The notes under the pieces: generated by a model
The model's database searches: none
What the model was told of the DNA's origin: nothing
The model's input: only the letters and a program-made list of their open reading frames with translations
Source: an uncultured virus (IMG/VR IMGVR_UViG_3300036761_004198)
Lineage: Duplodnaviria > Heunggongvirae > Uroviricota > Caudoviricetes
IMG/VR virus record: IMGVR_UViG_3300036761_004198
Direction: 5' to 3' (one strand)
DNA: 64,000 nucleotides
Translations under genes and position numbers: made by a program
Part shown: positions 33,779 to 46,480 of the stretch, in pieces
Numbering within the stretch: the first letter of the stretch is position 1
How the letters are laid out: each line of letters opens with the position of its first letter

Positions 33779-35668
33779 TTAGCGATCGAAGTTGGTGCGC
33801 GCGGCGAGCATGGGGAGCTGGCTCCGCCTGATCGGGTAGACCTGGCAGCCGCTCGCGCTGACCGTCCATGCCTCGCCCGTGCCGAAATAGTCGTAGTAGA
33901 GGTCGTGCGGTACGGTGCCGCCGAGCGCCGCCTGGATCAGAACGCAGCCGACCTTGCAGCGATCGACGTCGTACGCGATCCGATACTCGGGATCATCGTC
34001 ACCTGACGTTTCAGGATCGACGCTCACGCGGTCTCCAGCAGCTCGACGTCACGCGGGCGAAGCAGCCGCAGCCAACGTACGACGGCGTCCCAGTCGCGCC
34101 GCGGCTCGAGCGCGCCATCGCCAAAGTCGACACGCCACTGGCCGTCCGCGGCGCGGCTGACCTCGTAGGTGCGATTCGTCCAGGTCATGCCCGGCCCCGT
34201 CTGAATCTGACACGCGATCAGCGCGCGATTGCGCGGCTCTCGAAGCGCGGGTACTTCGTAGCGACGGCACCGCGCGATCGCGCAGTCACCGCACCCGCAG
34301 CCGTCCTCGTGTCCGTGAAAGCAGTTGTTCACCGCCGCCGTTCTCTCGTCGATCATTCGCGGTACCTCCCCTGGGCCCTTGGCAATTTCGTCGTCCACTG
34401 CTCGATCGCGTGCGTCTCGTCGTCGAACCGTGCGCTCGGATCTTGGATCCAGCACCAACGCGGACACTCGGACGAGTGAGGCGTCGGCTCGATGTAGCGC
34501 TCGGCCCAGCGGCCGCCGACCCAGCGTCGATAGCGCTTGAGGCGCCAGAACCCGAGCGCGTTGAGGATCTGCTGGAAGTGCGTCACGACTTCTTCCTCGA
34601 CAAGACCTCGTCTTCGACGCGACGGATCTCGCGCCGCAGGAACGTCTCGAAGCTCGCCGGCACGCGCTCGCCAGCAGCGACGCGGTGGCGATCCACGTGG
34701 TGCCCGCGCGAGAGGTGGCGACCGCGACGCGTGCCGCTCCAGCAGCGATCACCGACCACGGCACCGCAGCTCGGGCACGCGACCGTGAGTGGATCGATCT
34801 TCGTCGTCACCGTAGTTCCCTTACGGCCGGACACCACATGCACTTCTGTCCGTAGATGGGCTCCTCGTAGGTGTCCCAGTAGTCAGGATCCGTCGTCCAG
34901 CGCGTCCCGATGACGACGTGCGGTCCGCCGAACCAATGGCGGCACGATGCGCCATGGTTCTTGTGCCCGTTGTGCCCCACGGAATTCAGATCCTGCACGC
35001 CCTGCTTGGTCAGGCGCGTGCTCATGGTTTCTTCTTCCCCGCGCTCGCAGCTGCTTCCTCGGCGACCTGCCGCCGCCTGCGACCGAGCCATGCGTCCAAG
35101 TTCTGAGGAATGTGCTCGCCGCGCGCCGCTCGAACACGATCGTGGTGCGCCCCGCTGGAAATCTTGCGTCCGATCCGCGTGCTGCTCCAGCAGATGTCCC
35201 CGATCTCGGCTCCGCACGTAGGACATGCCACCGAGAGCACGTTGGTCTGGACCATCGCCACTACTTGATGGAGCGCCACCAATCCTGCCGGACCGAACTC
35301 GCCCACGACCTTGATCGAGTCGATCACGCCGTCCAGGTAGGCGCGCAAGCGCTCCTTGGCCACGTCCTCTCCGTGCTGGGCGCGCTGTCGCAGGGCCCAG
35401 TCTTCGAGATAGGCGTAGAACTTCTCGGCTGGCGTCATGCCCCTGCCCCTCACCAGTCAGGCTCCGCGAGCCATCGTAGGTACGATCGGTAGATCGCGCG
35501 CCCATCGGCACACATCGCCGCGATCGCGTCCGCAGGGACATCACGCTCGGTGACCTGTCCCGGCTTGTCGTGCTTGTGGCGCTTGTTCTCCGGGTCAGCC
35601 TCGCGACACTGCGCGCACGCGGCGATGTGTCTCAAGACATCGTCGTGGATCCACGATCCCTTCGTCAC
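33779..35668 (-). other. run of small overlapping hypothetical ORFs, including two paralogous C2H2-type fingers (34583-34810, 35022-35453)
   Basis: VACP.CGA..GD.CWS.TR.GR..S..HH.DR in both. Confidence 0.6.
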
Positions 35669-35753
35669 GGGCCCTCCTTCTTCCTTTTTCCAGCACGGCG
35701 CTCCGCGACCAAGAGCTCGACGAGGACCTTGCGATCGTTAAGCGCCGCGCGAA

Positions 35754-36557
35754 TCACGGTGCCTTCTCGGTTGCGGCGTTCTCAGGCAGGACCTCGGGGG
35801 CGTGCTCGGTCAGGAACACCCGCCACGATCCGGGCTTCTTCTCGCCGCCGCGCGTGCCCTTGACGCCCTTGCCCCAGAGGCCCTCGATCTTGGTCAGGCG
35901 CGGACGGGCGCGATCTTCCAGCTCGATCGCGCGCCGCGCGAGGTCGGGATGCTTCTTCGCGAGCTGGATCAGCTCGGCCGGCTTGGTCGACGGACAGAAC
36001 GTGCACGCTGACTTCGGGGGCACCGGCAGCCCTGCCGCGGCGATCTCCTTCACGCACCGATCGCGATCCCAGCCCCACTCGCGCAAGGGGTAGATCCAAT
36101 TCCACGGCCCCTTCGACTCGATGCCGCCGCGCCTGGAGTCACACGGACCGGCGTCGTAGCCGATCGCGCGCTGCACCTTGCCGCCCGCCTTGATGTGCGC
36201 GGCGAAGTAGTCGGCACATGCAGCGTCGAGCGGCTCGCCTTTCCACTTGAGCGAGCACTTCTTGTAGCCGAACGCGAGCGACGGCAACGTCTGGTTCACG
36301 AGGCAGTTCTCCTCGAGCGTGGTGTAGTGGCCGTTCCTGCCCTGCTGCAAGACGTACTGGACGTCGGTGATCGTCGGGAAGCCGATCTCGGCGAGCCACT
36401 TGTCGATCACCGGCCGGTAGGCGTACGTCTCGGGCCACTCGTTGCCAACCTGCGCGTGGCCGATCCAGTGTGGGCGGATGCCGCGGCGCCACCAGCCGAC
36501 GAGCACGGCAGTGGAGTCGACGCCCATACCATAGGACAACGCGAGTGGATCGATCAT
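35754..36557 (-). CDS. PAPS-reductase/QueC-like PP-loop protein 1
   Basis: LSYGMGVDS, CSLKWK, IGYDA, YPL.EWGW.R..C, KSACTFCP. Confidence 0.85.
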   Translation of the reverse strand: MIDPLALSYGMGVDSTAVLVGWWRRGIRPHWIGHAQVGNEWPETYAYRPVIDKWLAEIGFPTITDVQYVLQQGRNGHYTTLEENCLVNQTLPSLAFGYKKCSLKWKGEPLDAACADYFAAHIKAGGKVQRAIGYDAGPCDSRRGGIESKGPWNWIYPLREWGWDRDRCVKEIAAAGLPVPPKSACTFCPSTKPAELIQLAKKHPDLARRAIELEDRARPRLTKIEGLWGKGVKGTRGGEKKPGSWRVFLTEHAPEVLPENAATEKAP

Positions 36558-39500
36558 CGACCCTCCGTCACGTTGCGCTGCTCGATCTCCGCCGTCAGAT
36601 CACCCGTCGGTAGCCCGTGATCGAGGAGCGCCTGCATGTAACCAGACATGAATGCACCTTCCAGAAATTCGTGTAGAGACGCGACCAGACGGTTCTGGAC
36701 GCCAACGCGCGATCGCCAATCCTTGTGCGATCGCAAGATCGTGTCGAGCTTCTTCGTAGCAGAGAGCGTCACGACAGCACCTCCTCGCGGATCTTCTGGG
36801 CAAGAGCCTCGTACCGATCTGCCCTCGGGCCCGAGTGGTGCACGTTTGCCGCATCCATGAGGCCGTCGTAGATGTCACGCCAGTCCGCCGCGGAGAACGC
36901 AGGCCGCGTCTTCTTCGTCATCTTCTTCTTCGTCATGGGCGAGGTCCCGTAGACAGCACGGTCGAGCTGACGACCACGATCGGCGTCTCGATGTCGTCCG
37001 TCGCGCGCTTCAGATCGGAGTTGTCCGTCCACACGAGCGCGTTGCACGCGTCGGCAGCCGCGATGCGCGCGACCTCTGACGAATCGAGAACGTCGTCGTC
37101 GTGAATGATGTCGAAAACGACCTGGATGGTGGTGATCCGCTTCACTCGTCCTCCTCTTGTCCGTAGATCGGCGAGCAGCCGTAGACGATGAAACCGTGGT
37201 CGAGACACGCGCGAGCGTCCCACCGGAAACCTTCCGTGACGAGCGTGACGTCGGAGCCGTGACACGCGCACGGATCGGACTGCGACTCTCGCCAGGCGGC
37301 GTCGCGCTCTTCCGCAACCGCGAAGATCTTCGCGCGCGCGACGTCGACCGTGCCGTTGTACTCGAAGTGACCGACGATCTCGCCGATCACGTTGCGCCCA
37401 CCGTTGGTGCCGGTACGCGCGTACGTCTCGTGCGCGTCCATGAGCTGCGTGTCGAGCGCGCCGCCATGGAAGCAACAGCGCTGTAGCCCCTCGAACGTGT
37501 GGCGCCGCTCGGGGTGCTCCTTGATCTCCTTCAGCTTCTCTTCGCGCATCACTGGACTCCTCCTGCTGGCAGCTTGGAGACGCAGTCAGCGCAGATCTCC
37601 GCCACCCATTCCGGTTTCAGCCTGCTCCACTTCGCGATGAAGTCTCTGGCACCCGCGATGTCGAAGTCTTCGGGCGTCGGAGGTTTTCCGCACAGCGTGG
37701 GCGCCTTGTTGATGTTCGTACGCGAGCGCGGACCGTGACCGAGCTGGCTGCGGAAGCGCTTGTCGCTGTGCATCTCGCCAAACGCCCTGATGTGCTTCGT
37801 CACCAGTCTCCTCCCGAGATGCGCAGGCTCCCCGTGCTGTCGATAACGTTGTCGTGCAGCGGGCGGCATCCTTGTTTGTCGTCGTGCGACGGGCCCTTCA
37901 TCAGGCACAACGTGCTGCTCGCGACGTACAGCGAAAGACCGGGGTCGATCGAGCGCAGCAGCTCCACCGCCTGACGAAATGCGCGAATCGAGGACGCGCG
38001 GCTCACGGGGCTGCCTCCACGCCGTAAAACTGATCGCGGGAAAGTCCGTGGTGCTTGTGGTAGTGGGCCTCCCACCCCGCGTAGTCCTCCCGCGTGAGTG
38101 ACTCCTGCCCACGACAGCCGCCCCATACGCGCGCTGGACAGTGCTCGAAGAAGTGGTCGGCGCAACAGCAGTCGCAGCCGGCCAGGTCGTTCAGCTTGTC
38201 GAGATCACCTTCCCACATCGCGCGGGTAAGCTCCTCGTCGATCTTCTCGTCGATCTTCGCGGCGATCACGAGTGCACCAGCCCGCGGTAGTCGCGGTGCG
38301 TGAAGGGTACGTCGTGCGCGGCGACGCGACGGAGCAACGTGATCGCCTCTTCCTTCGTACGGCTTGGCTTGTCGTTCCAGCGCGGGATGAGACGCTTGCC
38401 GCGACCGGTGTGGCGCATGAGCGTCGTCGCGCAGATGACGGACTCGGCGCGTGCCCAGAGCGTCCAGCGGTACTTCTTCTTCGGATCCGCCTCGACGATC
38501 GCGTCACCGACACAGAGCCCGACCCCACGCTTACCACGGCGAAAGCCCCGCTCCTCGATGAGCTGAATCGCGCGGAGAGCTGCCGCGCGGAGTGCACGAG
38601 AGGACAGCATCAAGCGGCTCCCTTCTGCGGATGCGGATAGAGGACCGGCGCGCCATCTTCCTTGGGCCATGCCCCTCGCCAGATGTAGAGTTGGCACGGC
38701 GGCGGTCGGTCGTTCTTGGCAAGTCGTACCAGCGAGCACGGGGACAAGAGGTCGGAGACGTGGGGGAGCCACAGTCCGGAGAACCCGGTGCGGCTGCAAC
38801 AGTCGCCGCGCGTCGACCGCCAGGCGGGCCACGGATCACCGTCCTTGCTCGGACGCCGATACACCGCGAACAACGTGCCGTCGTAGGACGCGGACACCTG
38901 CGTCAGTCGATGCGCGAGGTACTGGATCGCGTGCGTGCGCGACAGGTACCGCGGATCGACGATGGCCTCGGCGACCTTCATCAAGCAACTCCCTTGCGCG
39001 TTGGCGACGGCTGCGTATCCCATGGCTCGCCCTGGTGACCCTTCGTCCAAGTGTCCTCGCAGCCGCCGTTGAGGCAGCGGTACTGCGGCCGGCCGTCCGC
39101 GGCCTCGCCGTTACGAGCGGCGGTCTTCTGCCCGCACCGATGGCAGCGCCCACGCTCGGTCTTCACCGCTTCCTCCGGCCACGCCGCGGCGTCGCGATCA
39201 GATCTCCGACCATGTAGCCCGCGACGCCGCCGCAGATGCCTCGCGCCTCGGACGCGATAGCGAACGATCGCAGCACGTGCAGGAGGAAGTAGCCGGCCAG
39301 GATCCCCACGATGATGGCGGCGCAACGCCGCGCGCTGTCACCCACGATCGTCCTCCTTCTTGATCTCGGCGATCGTCTTGTCGACGAGAGCGATCTGCTC
39401 CGCCAGGGCGCTGTCTCCGCGCGAGAAACGGAGCATCGCCTCGATCGCCGCGTCCTCGATCACGCGCGCCGGGACCATCCCCTTGCGGCCCCGCATGAAC

Positions 39501-39867
39501 GACGGATCGTCCAGCACGAGCTGGACGGCGATACGCCGGGCGATCGGCGTCTTGTCGGGAAGCATCACCTTCAGCATCTCGGACGCGCGCTTGCGTAGCT
39601 CGCTACGCTTCCAGATCCGGCCCTTGATGCTCGTGATCTCGTAGCGATCTTGCCACTCCTTCTCGGTCACGACGCCAGCTCCATCTCTTCGGCGCCGACT
39701 AGGTCCGCCACGCTCGGGCGGCTGATCTTCCGCGCGAACCGCTGAGCCCAGCGGCGCTTGCCGGTGTCCACCACGACGAAGATCGCGATGCCCGCGAGCG
39801 CCACGAGGGCGACGATCCAGGAGAGCGTGCCAACAACGAACTCCCACGAGTGCTCACGCCAGTTCAT
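36554..39867 (-). other. dense run of small orphan ORFs transcribed leftward from the promoter at about 39890
   Basis: tiling minus-strand ORFs with stop/start overlaps. Confidence 0.55.
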
Positions 39868-39880
39868 GGGGTCAGGTAGA

Positions 39881-40000
39881 GCAGATCGCATGCCGCTCCC
39901 TTCCTACCGCAAGTACGTGTTCGCGAAACCTGGGTAGTTTCGCACCCCGGCTCCGATCGACGACGGTCGTGGTGCTCGAGACACGGGTGCTCGTCTACCC
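39881..40000 (-). promoter_or_regulatory. class I cassette: palindromes 39932-39947 and 39985-40000; sigma54-like GGCATG-CGAT-CTGC 13 nt before ATG 39867
   Basis: matches six other cassettes. Confidence 0.8.
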
Positions 40001-42415
40001 AGGCGCGCATCTACGTGGCCTCCGCGCGGCCAAGGTCCGTCGGCGCCGCGAACAGGATCACCTGGAGGCGCTTCCGCATGCGCGGCTCGTCGCTGCCACA
40101 CTCTCGCGCACCGATCTTCACGAGGCCACGGTTCGCGAGCGCGTACAGTGTCCGGCGGTCGAACTCGGACACCTCCACACCGCCGGCCCAGCGGGCGCGC
40201 GCGTCGTGCACGGTCCGATCGAAACGATCGACGATCGAGATCAGGGCCGTACGCTGGACGGGCGTGAGCCTCATCCGGCATCCGAGAGCCGCTCGGCGGA
40301 GTCCTTGGCTTCGCGCTGGGTCGAGCAATACGACGCAACGCGCTTGCCGTCGCGAAGTAGCTCGAACATCTGCGGACGGGTGCAGCCCCAATAGAGCGGC
40401 GTGATGCGCCACCGTCCGTCGCGCGACTCTACGAAACCGTCGTTCGATCGCTTCCAGCAAATCATCGAATCCTCGAAATTGGACCGACGAGCCCGGATCC
40501 ATCGCAGCCCGCGCACGAGGCACCCCCCTCACCGCCGCAGGTCGAGCAGTGCTGGTAGGCCGGCTCCGAGATGCCGCACTTGCAGCGCTGGCCGTCCCAC
40601 GAGTCGACGCCGCCGCGGCGCCAGCCGCACTTGCGGCAGAACGGATGCAGAGGCTTGATCTTCGTCGAGGGTGCGGTCACAGCGCCACCTTCCCCGCGGA
40701 CGTCACAACCACGTCGTAGCCATTCGGTCCGCCGCGGTACTTCCCACGCTGAATGAGGCGCGGCTCGAAGCGGACGAGCCCGAGCTTCTCCAGCTTGCTC
40801 GCCGCCTGGTAGTAGCTATCGACCATCGTGATGGTCCACGTCTTCTCCGCAGCGGCAAGCTGACGGAGTGCCGTCTTGAGCGTCTTGGTCAGCGTCACCG
40901 CCGCACCTTGGGTCCGTCGAACTGTCGCTTGCACTCCAGGCACTGCCAGCGCGACGAGCCCGGGTGCTCGCCGAGGATCGGCCTGCCGTAGTTGCGTAGC
41001 GGCACCGTGTCGGCGTGTCCACAGTGCGGACACGGCAGATCGGGCAGCGACTCCTTCTTCACGACGTCTCCGTCAACCGCGCGATCGTCTCGACGACCCG
41101 CTGCTCGAACTGCTCGCGGGTCTCGTCCTCGCTCCACACGCGGCGCCTCTTGTAGGTGTTCTTGTTCGTGTCGACCTCGATCGTCACGACGACTGATCGA
41201 ACGCTCTCAGCCACGGCTGTCCTCTGCGTTCGGATCGCGCGGCAGTCGAACCACGGCACCCAGACGATAGAACCTGCCAGGTTCGAGGAGTCTGGCGTAC
41301 GGGACACAGCGCCCGCGGCCAGCGTCCGCGAGCTGCTCGATCGTCGGGTGCGCGGCCCGGCGCGCGGTCTCCTCGTCCGGCGCGTCGACAACCGCCAGCG
41401 CGATGTCGGGCTCGCCGTAGAGCGTCTTGTCCTGGATCGTGACGAGGTAGATCACGGCCGATCCTTCCGGCGCCGCTTATACGTCTCGGCCGCGATGAAG
41501 ACGACGAGTCCGGCAACCATCAGGGGCAGGACGATCCAGGAACACGTCTCGGCGAACCACTCCCACGCTCGATCACGACGACTCATCGGGCTTCCTCGAT
41601 CACGACGAGCAGCGGTGCGGCGGGACGTTGCGCGTTGAGCTGATTCACGATGCGCCGCGCGGCGGGGCCATCGAAAACGATCGCGCGATTGCGCAGGCAG
41701 TCCCAGCTGTCGGTGCCGTGCGATCCGTCGCGCCATGCGCAGAGAAAGTACGGTACGAAGCCGGTGCGTTGCACGACAAGATACTTGCGATCCTTCACGC
41801 AGTGATCTCCATCAGCTCGGAGATCCACTGCCGGATGAGCTTCCAGACACCTCGGCGAGTGCGCCGCACCTCGATCTGACGCTCGTGCCGATCACTACGG
41901 CCAGGGCGGCGAAGTCGATGCTGGACGAAGCTCTCCGCGCGCTGGAAGCTGCGATCGCGCCGGTGCGCCTTGCGGTTGCTCACCGGACCCTCCGCAGCTC
42001 GACGTCCAGCTCGGAGCGGGAGCGTAGGAGCTTGGCCGCGGCAGTGAGGGCCTCGACGTGCGTGGCGTAGTACCAGAACGCGGGCGCCTTCATGGTGGAG
42101 GACTTCCAGCGAACGCGCCAGCGCGAGGACGGCTGCTTCATGACGTTCACGATCCGCGCTCCTCGGCCGCGATCCGCTTGGCGACGAGCGCGCGATTGGT
42201 GACCTCCCACGCCTTCCGATCCGCCTTGGCGAGCGCCGCGCTTGCGGCACGTGCCCACGTGGCGTGCCCGCGCGTCTTGAACTCGACGACCCCTGTGGGG
42301 ATGCCGTCCGCGTCGACCGCATCGAGACGCGCCTCGAACGCCCCGGCCTTGAACGCAGCACGCGCCATGAGCTGGCGGACGCGAAGCTCGACGTGCTTCA
42401 TCGAGCCCGTCACCA

Positions 42416-43333
42416 TCAGGCCGCTTCCTTCGCCGTACCCTCGTCCAGGTAGCCGCAACCGGTCGCCTTCGTGGCGCGGTTCGCCGCACCGCAGATCATG
42501 CACGGGTGGATCTTCGGCTTGTACGTCTTCTCGACGAAGACGGGCAGCGGGGTGCCCTTGCCCTTGCGGAAGGCCATGATCGAGAGCTTGAGGCCGTCGT
42601 GGACGCCAGCCTTGGGCTTGGTGAGCGGCCGATCAGCCTCCATCTTGACGACGCGGGCATACTGATCGGGCAGCTCGCGGGCGAACGTCTGCCAGTCGCC
42701 GAGACTTCCGAAGGGACACATCACACACGCGCTCTTGCGCGGGATTGGGTGTCCGCTCGCACGCACGAGCGCCTCGCAACGACAGCGGCAGAGCCCCTGC
42801 TCCATGAGAGGGAAGCGGTTGTGCCGACGAGCGCGCGGCTTGGCGCCCTTCTTCACGCGCTTGGGAGCCTTGAGGTTCACCCCCGTGTTCGGATCCTTGG
42901 CCGCGCGATCTTCCTCGCCGGCCTCAAAGCCGATCCAGACCTCGACGTCCTGACCGGGGTAGCGATCGCTCGCCCAGCGCTCGAAGCGCTCGACCTTGGC
43001 GATCGTGGTGCACTGGCGCCCGGGGCCCGCCATCGGCATCGACTTGCGCGCCTCCCACCAGGCGAACAGCGATCGGGCCTCACCCTTGGTGCCGCCGCGC
43101 ACCGGGTAGTTGGTGTGGTCGATCTTGACGAACTCGATGCCGTGCTGTGCGCAGATCGGCCGCACGACCTCGTCGATGTGACGGTACGTGCCGGGCCACT
43201 CGCCGGGATCCAGCGGGTGTCCGGTATCCATGAAGACCACGACGTCGGGCAGCTCGCCACGATCGATCGCGGTCAGGAGCATCGCGAACGAATCGAGGCC
43301 GCCGCCGTAGGAGAGGATCTTAGGGCGCGTCAC
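42416..43333 (-). CDS. PAPS-reductase/QueC-like PP-loop protein 2
   Basis: LSYGGGLDS, FMDTG, CTTIAK, IGFEAGEEDRA, KSACVMCP. Confidence 0.85.
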   Translation of the reverse strand: MTRPKILSYGGGLDSFAMLLTAIDRGELPDVVVFMDTGHPLDPGEWPGTYRHIDEVVRPICAQHGIEFVKIDHTNYPVRGGTKGEARSLFAWWEARKSMPMAGPGRQCTTIAKVERFERWASDRYPGQDVEVWIGFEAGEEDRAAKDPNTGVNLKAPKRVKKGAKPRARRHNRFPLMEQGLCRCRCEALVRASGHPIPRKSACVMCPFGSLGDWQTFARELPDQYARVVKMEADRPLTKPKAGVHDGLKLSIMAFRKGKGTPLPVFVEKTYKPKIHPCMICGAANRATKATGCGYLDEGTAKEAA

Positions 43334-44445
43334 AGCCGCACTCCGCCGATCGCCCGACGCAGACCCTCGGTGCAGATCTCCTGCGGGGTCGCCTTGAGAC
43401 ACCAGCTCGCGAACTCCTCGTCCACCTCCCAGTTCCAGCCGTACTTCTTCGCGACCTCGAAGGCCACGTTGAGCGCGGCGCCGTCGTCGGAGTCGCCGGC
43501 ATCGTCAAGCGCCCGCTGCGTGCGGAGTGCGTCCGAGAACGCGAACACAACCTCGGCACAGGCGTCTTCGTATTGGGTCACCGTCGCCATGGCTACCACT
43601 CCCCTCGCTTGATGTCGCGGATGTAGAACCCGAGGTGATCTCCGTGGACGATCTCCAGCATGAGCAGATCGCGGATGTTCTTGGGCAGAGCGTCGTCCTC
43701 GACGTGGTTATCCGGCTTGTAGTAGTCGGCGTCGTCGGCTGCCGGCTTGGAGATGAACCAGGTGCCGTTGCCCGCCGTGTAGTCGAAGTTGTGCTTCTTG
43801 AAGTACGGCAGGATCTCGACGCGTGCCTGCTCGGCGAGCGCCTCGACCTCCGCGCGGAAGGCGGCCTGCGCCGCTTCGAGCGCCTTGGAGAATTGCCCGA
43901 GCTTCTTCTTGGAGAGATCTCTCACGACGTGACCTCCTTGGGGCCTTCGTCCTCGTGCGCGGCGGCAGTCTCCGTCGCCATGCTGTGGTGCGACTTGAGG
44001 CGCGCGCAGATCGCAGTACGCAGTGCGCGCACCTCCTCGACCCCGATCGCGACCTTGTCCTGCCCGAGCACGATCAGGAGCACGAACTCGGACACGACCG
44101 CCTCGCGGATCTCGGGCGCCAGAACGAACCACGCCGGGCGATACTTGTCGGCGATCCGCTTGGCGAACGAGCGCGCCTGGCCGTCCGACCAGCCGCTCAC
44201 AGCGCCGCTCCTTCCGCCGGTAGCGCCGCGAGCAAGCGGGCGCGGCTCCGCGCGAGGCTGTCCGACGTCTGCTGGTACTCCTTGCGCAGCGCGCGCAGGC
44301 ACGAACGCAGACGGGGCTTGTCGCGCGACAGCCGCACGCCGAACGCAAGCTCCTGCTCGGAGTGCGCCACTTCGCGGGCCAGCCGGCCCACGTCGCGGGA
44401 CATCGCGAGCAGCTCGTCGAGTCTCTCTTCCAGGGTCGCGGGCAT
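43330..44445 (-). other. four small hypothetical ORFs, the first starting MPATLEERL at 44445
   Basis: tiling downstream of a sigma54-like promoter. Confidence 0.6.
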
Positions 44446-44458
44446 GATCTGTCCAGGA

Positions 44459-44677
44459 GCAACCGCCGCGCCATCCTGACAGCATAGTGAGTGCACGCCA
44501 AGTATCCGCCCCGAGAGCTCGGGTAGATCTATACCCAGGGCCTGACATTCACACCGCCGCGTTGCTCGAGACACGGGTGACCCGCTACCCACCCACGTGA
44601 CGCCGCGAGCTTGACGCACCGGGCGAGACCTAGGGCGTCTCCTCGTAGGACGTGTCAGGTCGTGGAATACGGGGTGC
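44459..44677. promoter_or_regulatory. divergent class I cassette: palindromes 44521-44536 and 44575-44590; TGGCGCG-GCGG-TTGC (minus) and TGGAATA-CGGG-GTGC (plus)
   Basis: near-consensus sigma54 -24/-12 sites 13 and 14 nt before ATGs 44445 and 44692. Confidence 0.85.
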
Positions 44678-44691
44678 AGTGAAGGAAGGGC

Positions 44692-44901
44692 ATGAGCATC
44701 TACAATGACCGCCTCGTCGAAGCGGCTCGCCGCTACGCGCTGGCGTGCAACTGCGCGGGCAACGTCGTGCCCTGCACCAAGTGCTGGAAGGCCGCCGAAG
44801 AAGACGTCGACGGGTACTACCGCGCCGTCGAGGAAGAAGAAGCGCGGATCGAGCGCCTGTACCGCCAATACTCCGAGACCGGTAAGAAGCTGGAGTCCTG
44901 A
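44692..44901 (+). CDS. small hypothetical protein with CNC/CxxC
   Basis: follows promoter. Confidence 0.65.
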   Translation: MSIYNDRLVEAARRYALACNCAGNVVPCTKCWKAAEEDVDGYYRAVEEEEARIERLYRQYSETGKKLES

Positions 44902-44903
44902 CC

Positions 44904-45317
44904 ATGAAGAAGACCATGAAGCGCCTCGCGATCCAGACCTGCACGCCCGTCGAGGGTCCGCTCTACGCCGTCCAGTTCGAGGACTCGGTCGGACACTGCT
45001 ACGACTGGTCCTTCGAGGCGCGCAGCGTCGACGGCAAGCGCTACGTGCTGCGCGATCATCACGTCGAGGGCACCGTTCGTGGGGAGGAGGGCTTTCTCTG
45101 TCCGAACTACCAGGCGCGGGGACAGGCCGAGCGCTTCGCTCAGCGCGTCGAGGATCGGGGCTCGATCGATCCGACGCTCTGGGACGAGGTGCCCGATCGC
45201 GACGCGCTCCGCGAGCTGATGGAGTCGTGGGGCGCGGAAGATACCGAGCGCGAGAAGGAAGACGCCCTGTTCTGGGAAGCGTCGGGACGGCCGGCCCACA
45301 TCTCGGTACGCCGATGA
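44904..45317 (+). CDS. hypothetical protein
   Basis: GGAG RBS; tiles. Confidence 0.7.
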   Translation: MKKTMKRLAIQTCTPVEGPLYAVQFEDSVGHCYDWSFEARSVDGKRYVLRDHHVEGTVRGEEGFLCPNYQARGQAERFAQRVEDRGSIDPTLWDEVPDRDALRELMESWGAEDTEREKEDALFWEASGRPAHISVRR

Positions 45318-45623
45318 TGCACGGACACGAGAAGGCGCTCTCGAACACCGGCTGTCCGTGGCCCGGCGGCACCGAGGTTGCGTTCGGCCAGGCCGACGTC
45401 GTTCAGCTCGGCAAGCTCTACTGCTGGGGCAGCGCGTGCGTGCAGTTCATCGCGCGACTGCGCGACGATCGAGAGGTGTTCGTGCGCGCGGACAAGCAGG
45501 ACAAGGATGACGAGCGCTTCCTGCGGCGACTCGCTAAGCCGATCCGCAGTTGGGCCCCCGGTCGCGGCGAGGGCTTCCGCACGGTGTGGGGAGAGCGCCT
45601 GCCGTAGTTCTCTTGGCGGCGGG

Positions 45624-46040
45624 CTAGCGGATCGACCGCACGTACCCCGAAGCAGGGACCTGCGCGACCGCATCCCGCCGCGGGCTCGGTAGCTGCCGCA
45701 GTGGCTGGAGCTGCCGAGGGTTCACCACGACCAGCGAGCGAACACGATTCGACTGACCTGCGGGACGATCGATCACCACCGGGCGATCGTTCATCATCTC
45801 CACCCGCACCATGGGCAGCGGCAGCCGCGGGGCCTGGGCTTCCCAGTCCTGCGCCGGCCTCTGGCTCGGCAACGTCGGCGACACACCTGCTTGCCGAGCA
45901 GCCTGCCCTGGGGAACGCAGGCCGAGGGTGACGCGCGCTGCTTCGAGGGCTCGCGCCTGATCCTCAGGCGGAAGATCGCAAAGGCAGTCGCAGATCACGG
46001 CCACGACAGCTTGCAAGGGGGTCTTGGGCTCCGTGGGCAT
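45624..46040 (-). CDS. hypothetical protein
   Basis: GGAGG RBS. Confidence 0.6.
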   Translation of the reverse strand: MPTEPKTPLQAVVAVICDCLCDLPPEDQARALEAARVTLGLRSPGQAARQAGVSPTLPSQRPAQDWEAQAPRLPLPMVRVEMMNDRPVVIDRPAGQSNRVRSLVVVNPRQLQPLRQLPSPRRDAVAQVPASGYVRSIR

Positions 46041-46071
46041 TCAACCTCCGCGTGGATCCAAGCTTATCAGC

Positions 46072-46473
46072 TCAGCGATCCATCCCCGGAAGTTTTCCAG
46101 ACGCGACGTCGCCGCTGCGCAGACGCGCGTGCCTCCGCCGCCAGGTCGGCAGGTAGTGGTCCATGAGCGCGTAGAAGCGCGCGTCGTGCCCGGATCCACG
46201 AGGGCCTTCGTCGATCACGAGGTGCATCAGCTCGTGAACGATCACGTACTCGAGCGCAGCGTCCGACATGGCGGCGAGCGCCTGGCTTACCCACAGCCGA
46301 CGATCGGGCGGATTGAGCGAGCCCCACGAGGTCATCTTCTTGATGCGGAACTCGCGGACCGCAACGCCCAAGATCGACTGCCACTTGTCGAGGAGCTTCT
46401 GGACGCGGACGGAGAGGCGCGATCGCTCCAGCTGATCTGCGATCTCACGATCGAGCTGGCGTGACGACTTCAC
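46072..46473 (-). CDS. tagged YgjP/DUF45-like zincin metallohydrolase
   Basis: KSSRQLDREIADQL; KKM..WGS, LEYVIVHELMH, H.ARFY.LM..YLP.W. Confidence 0.85.
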   Translation of the reverse strand: MKSSRQLDREIADQLERSRLSVRVQKLLDKWQSILGVAVREFRIKKMTSWGSLNPPDRRLWVSQALAAMSDAALEYVIVHELMHLVIDEGPRGSGHDARFYALMDHYLPTWRRRHARLRSGDVASGKLPGMDR

Positions 46474-46480
46474 CGCGAGC

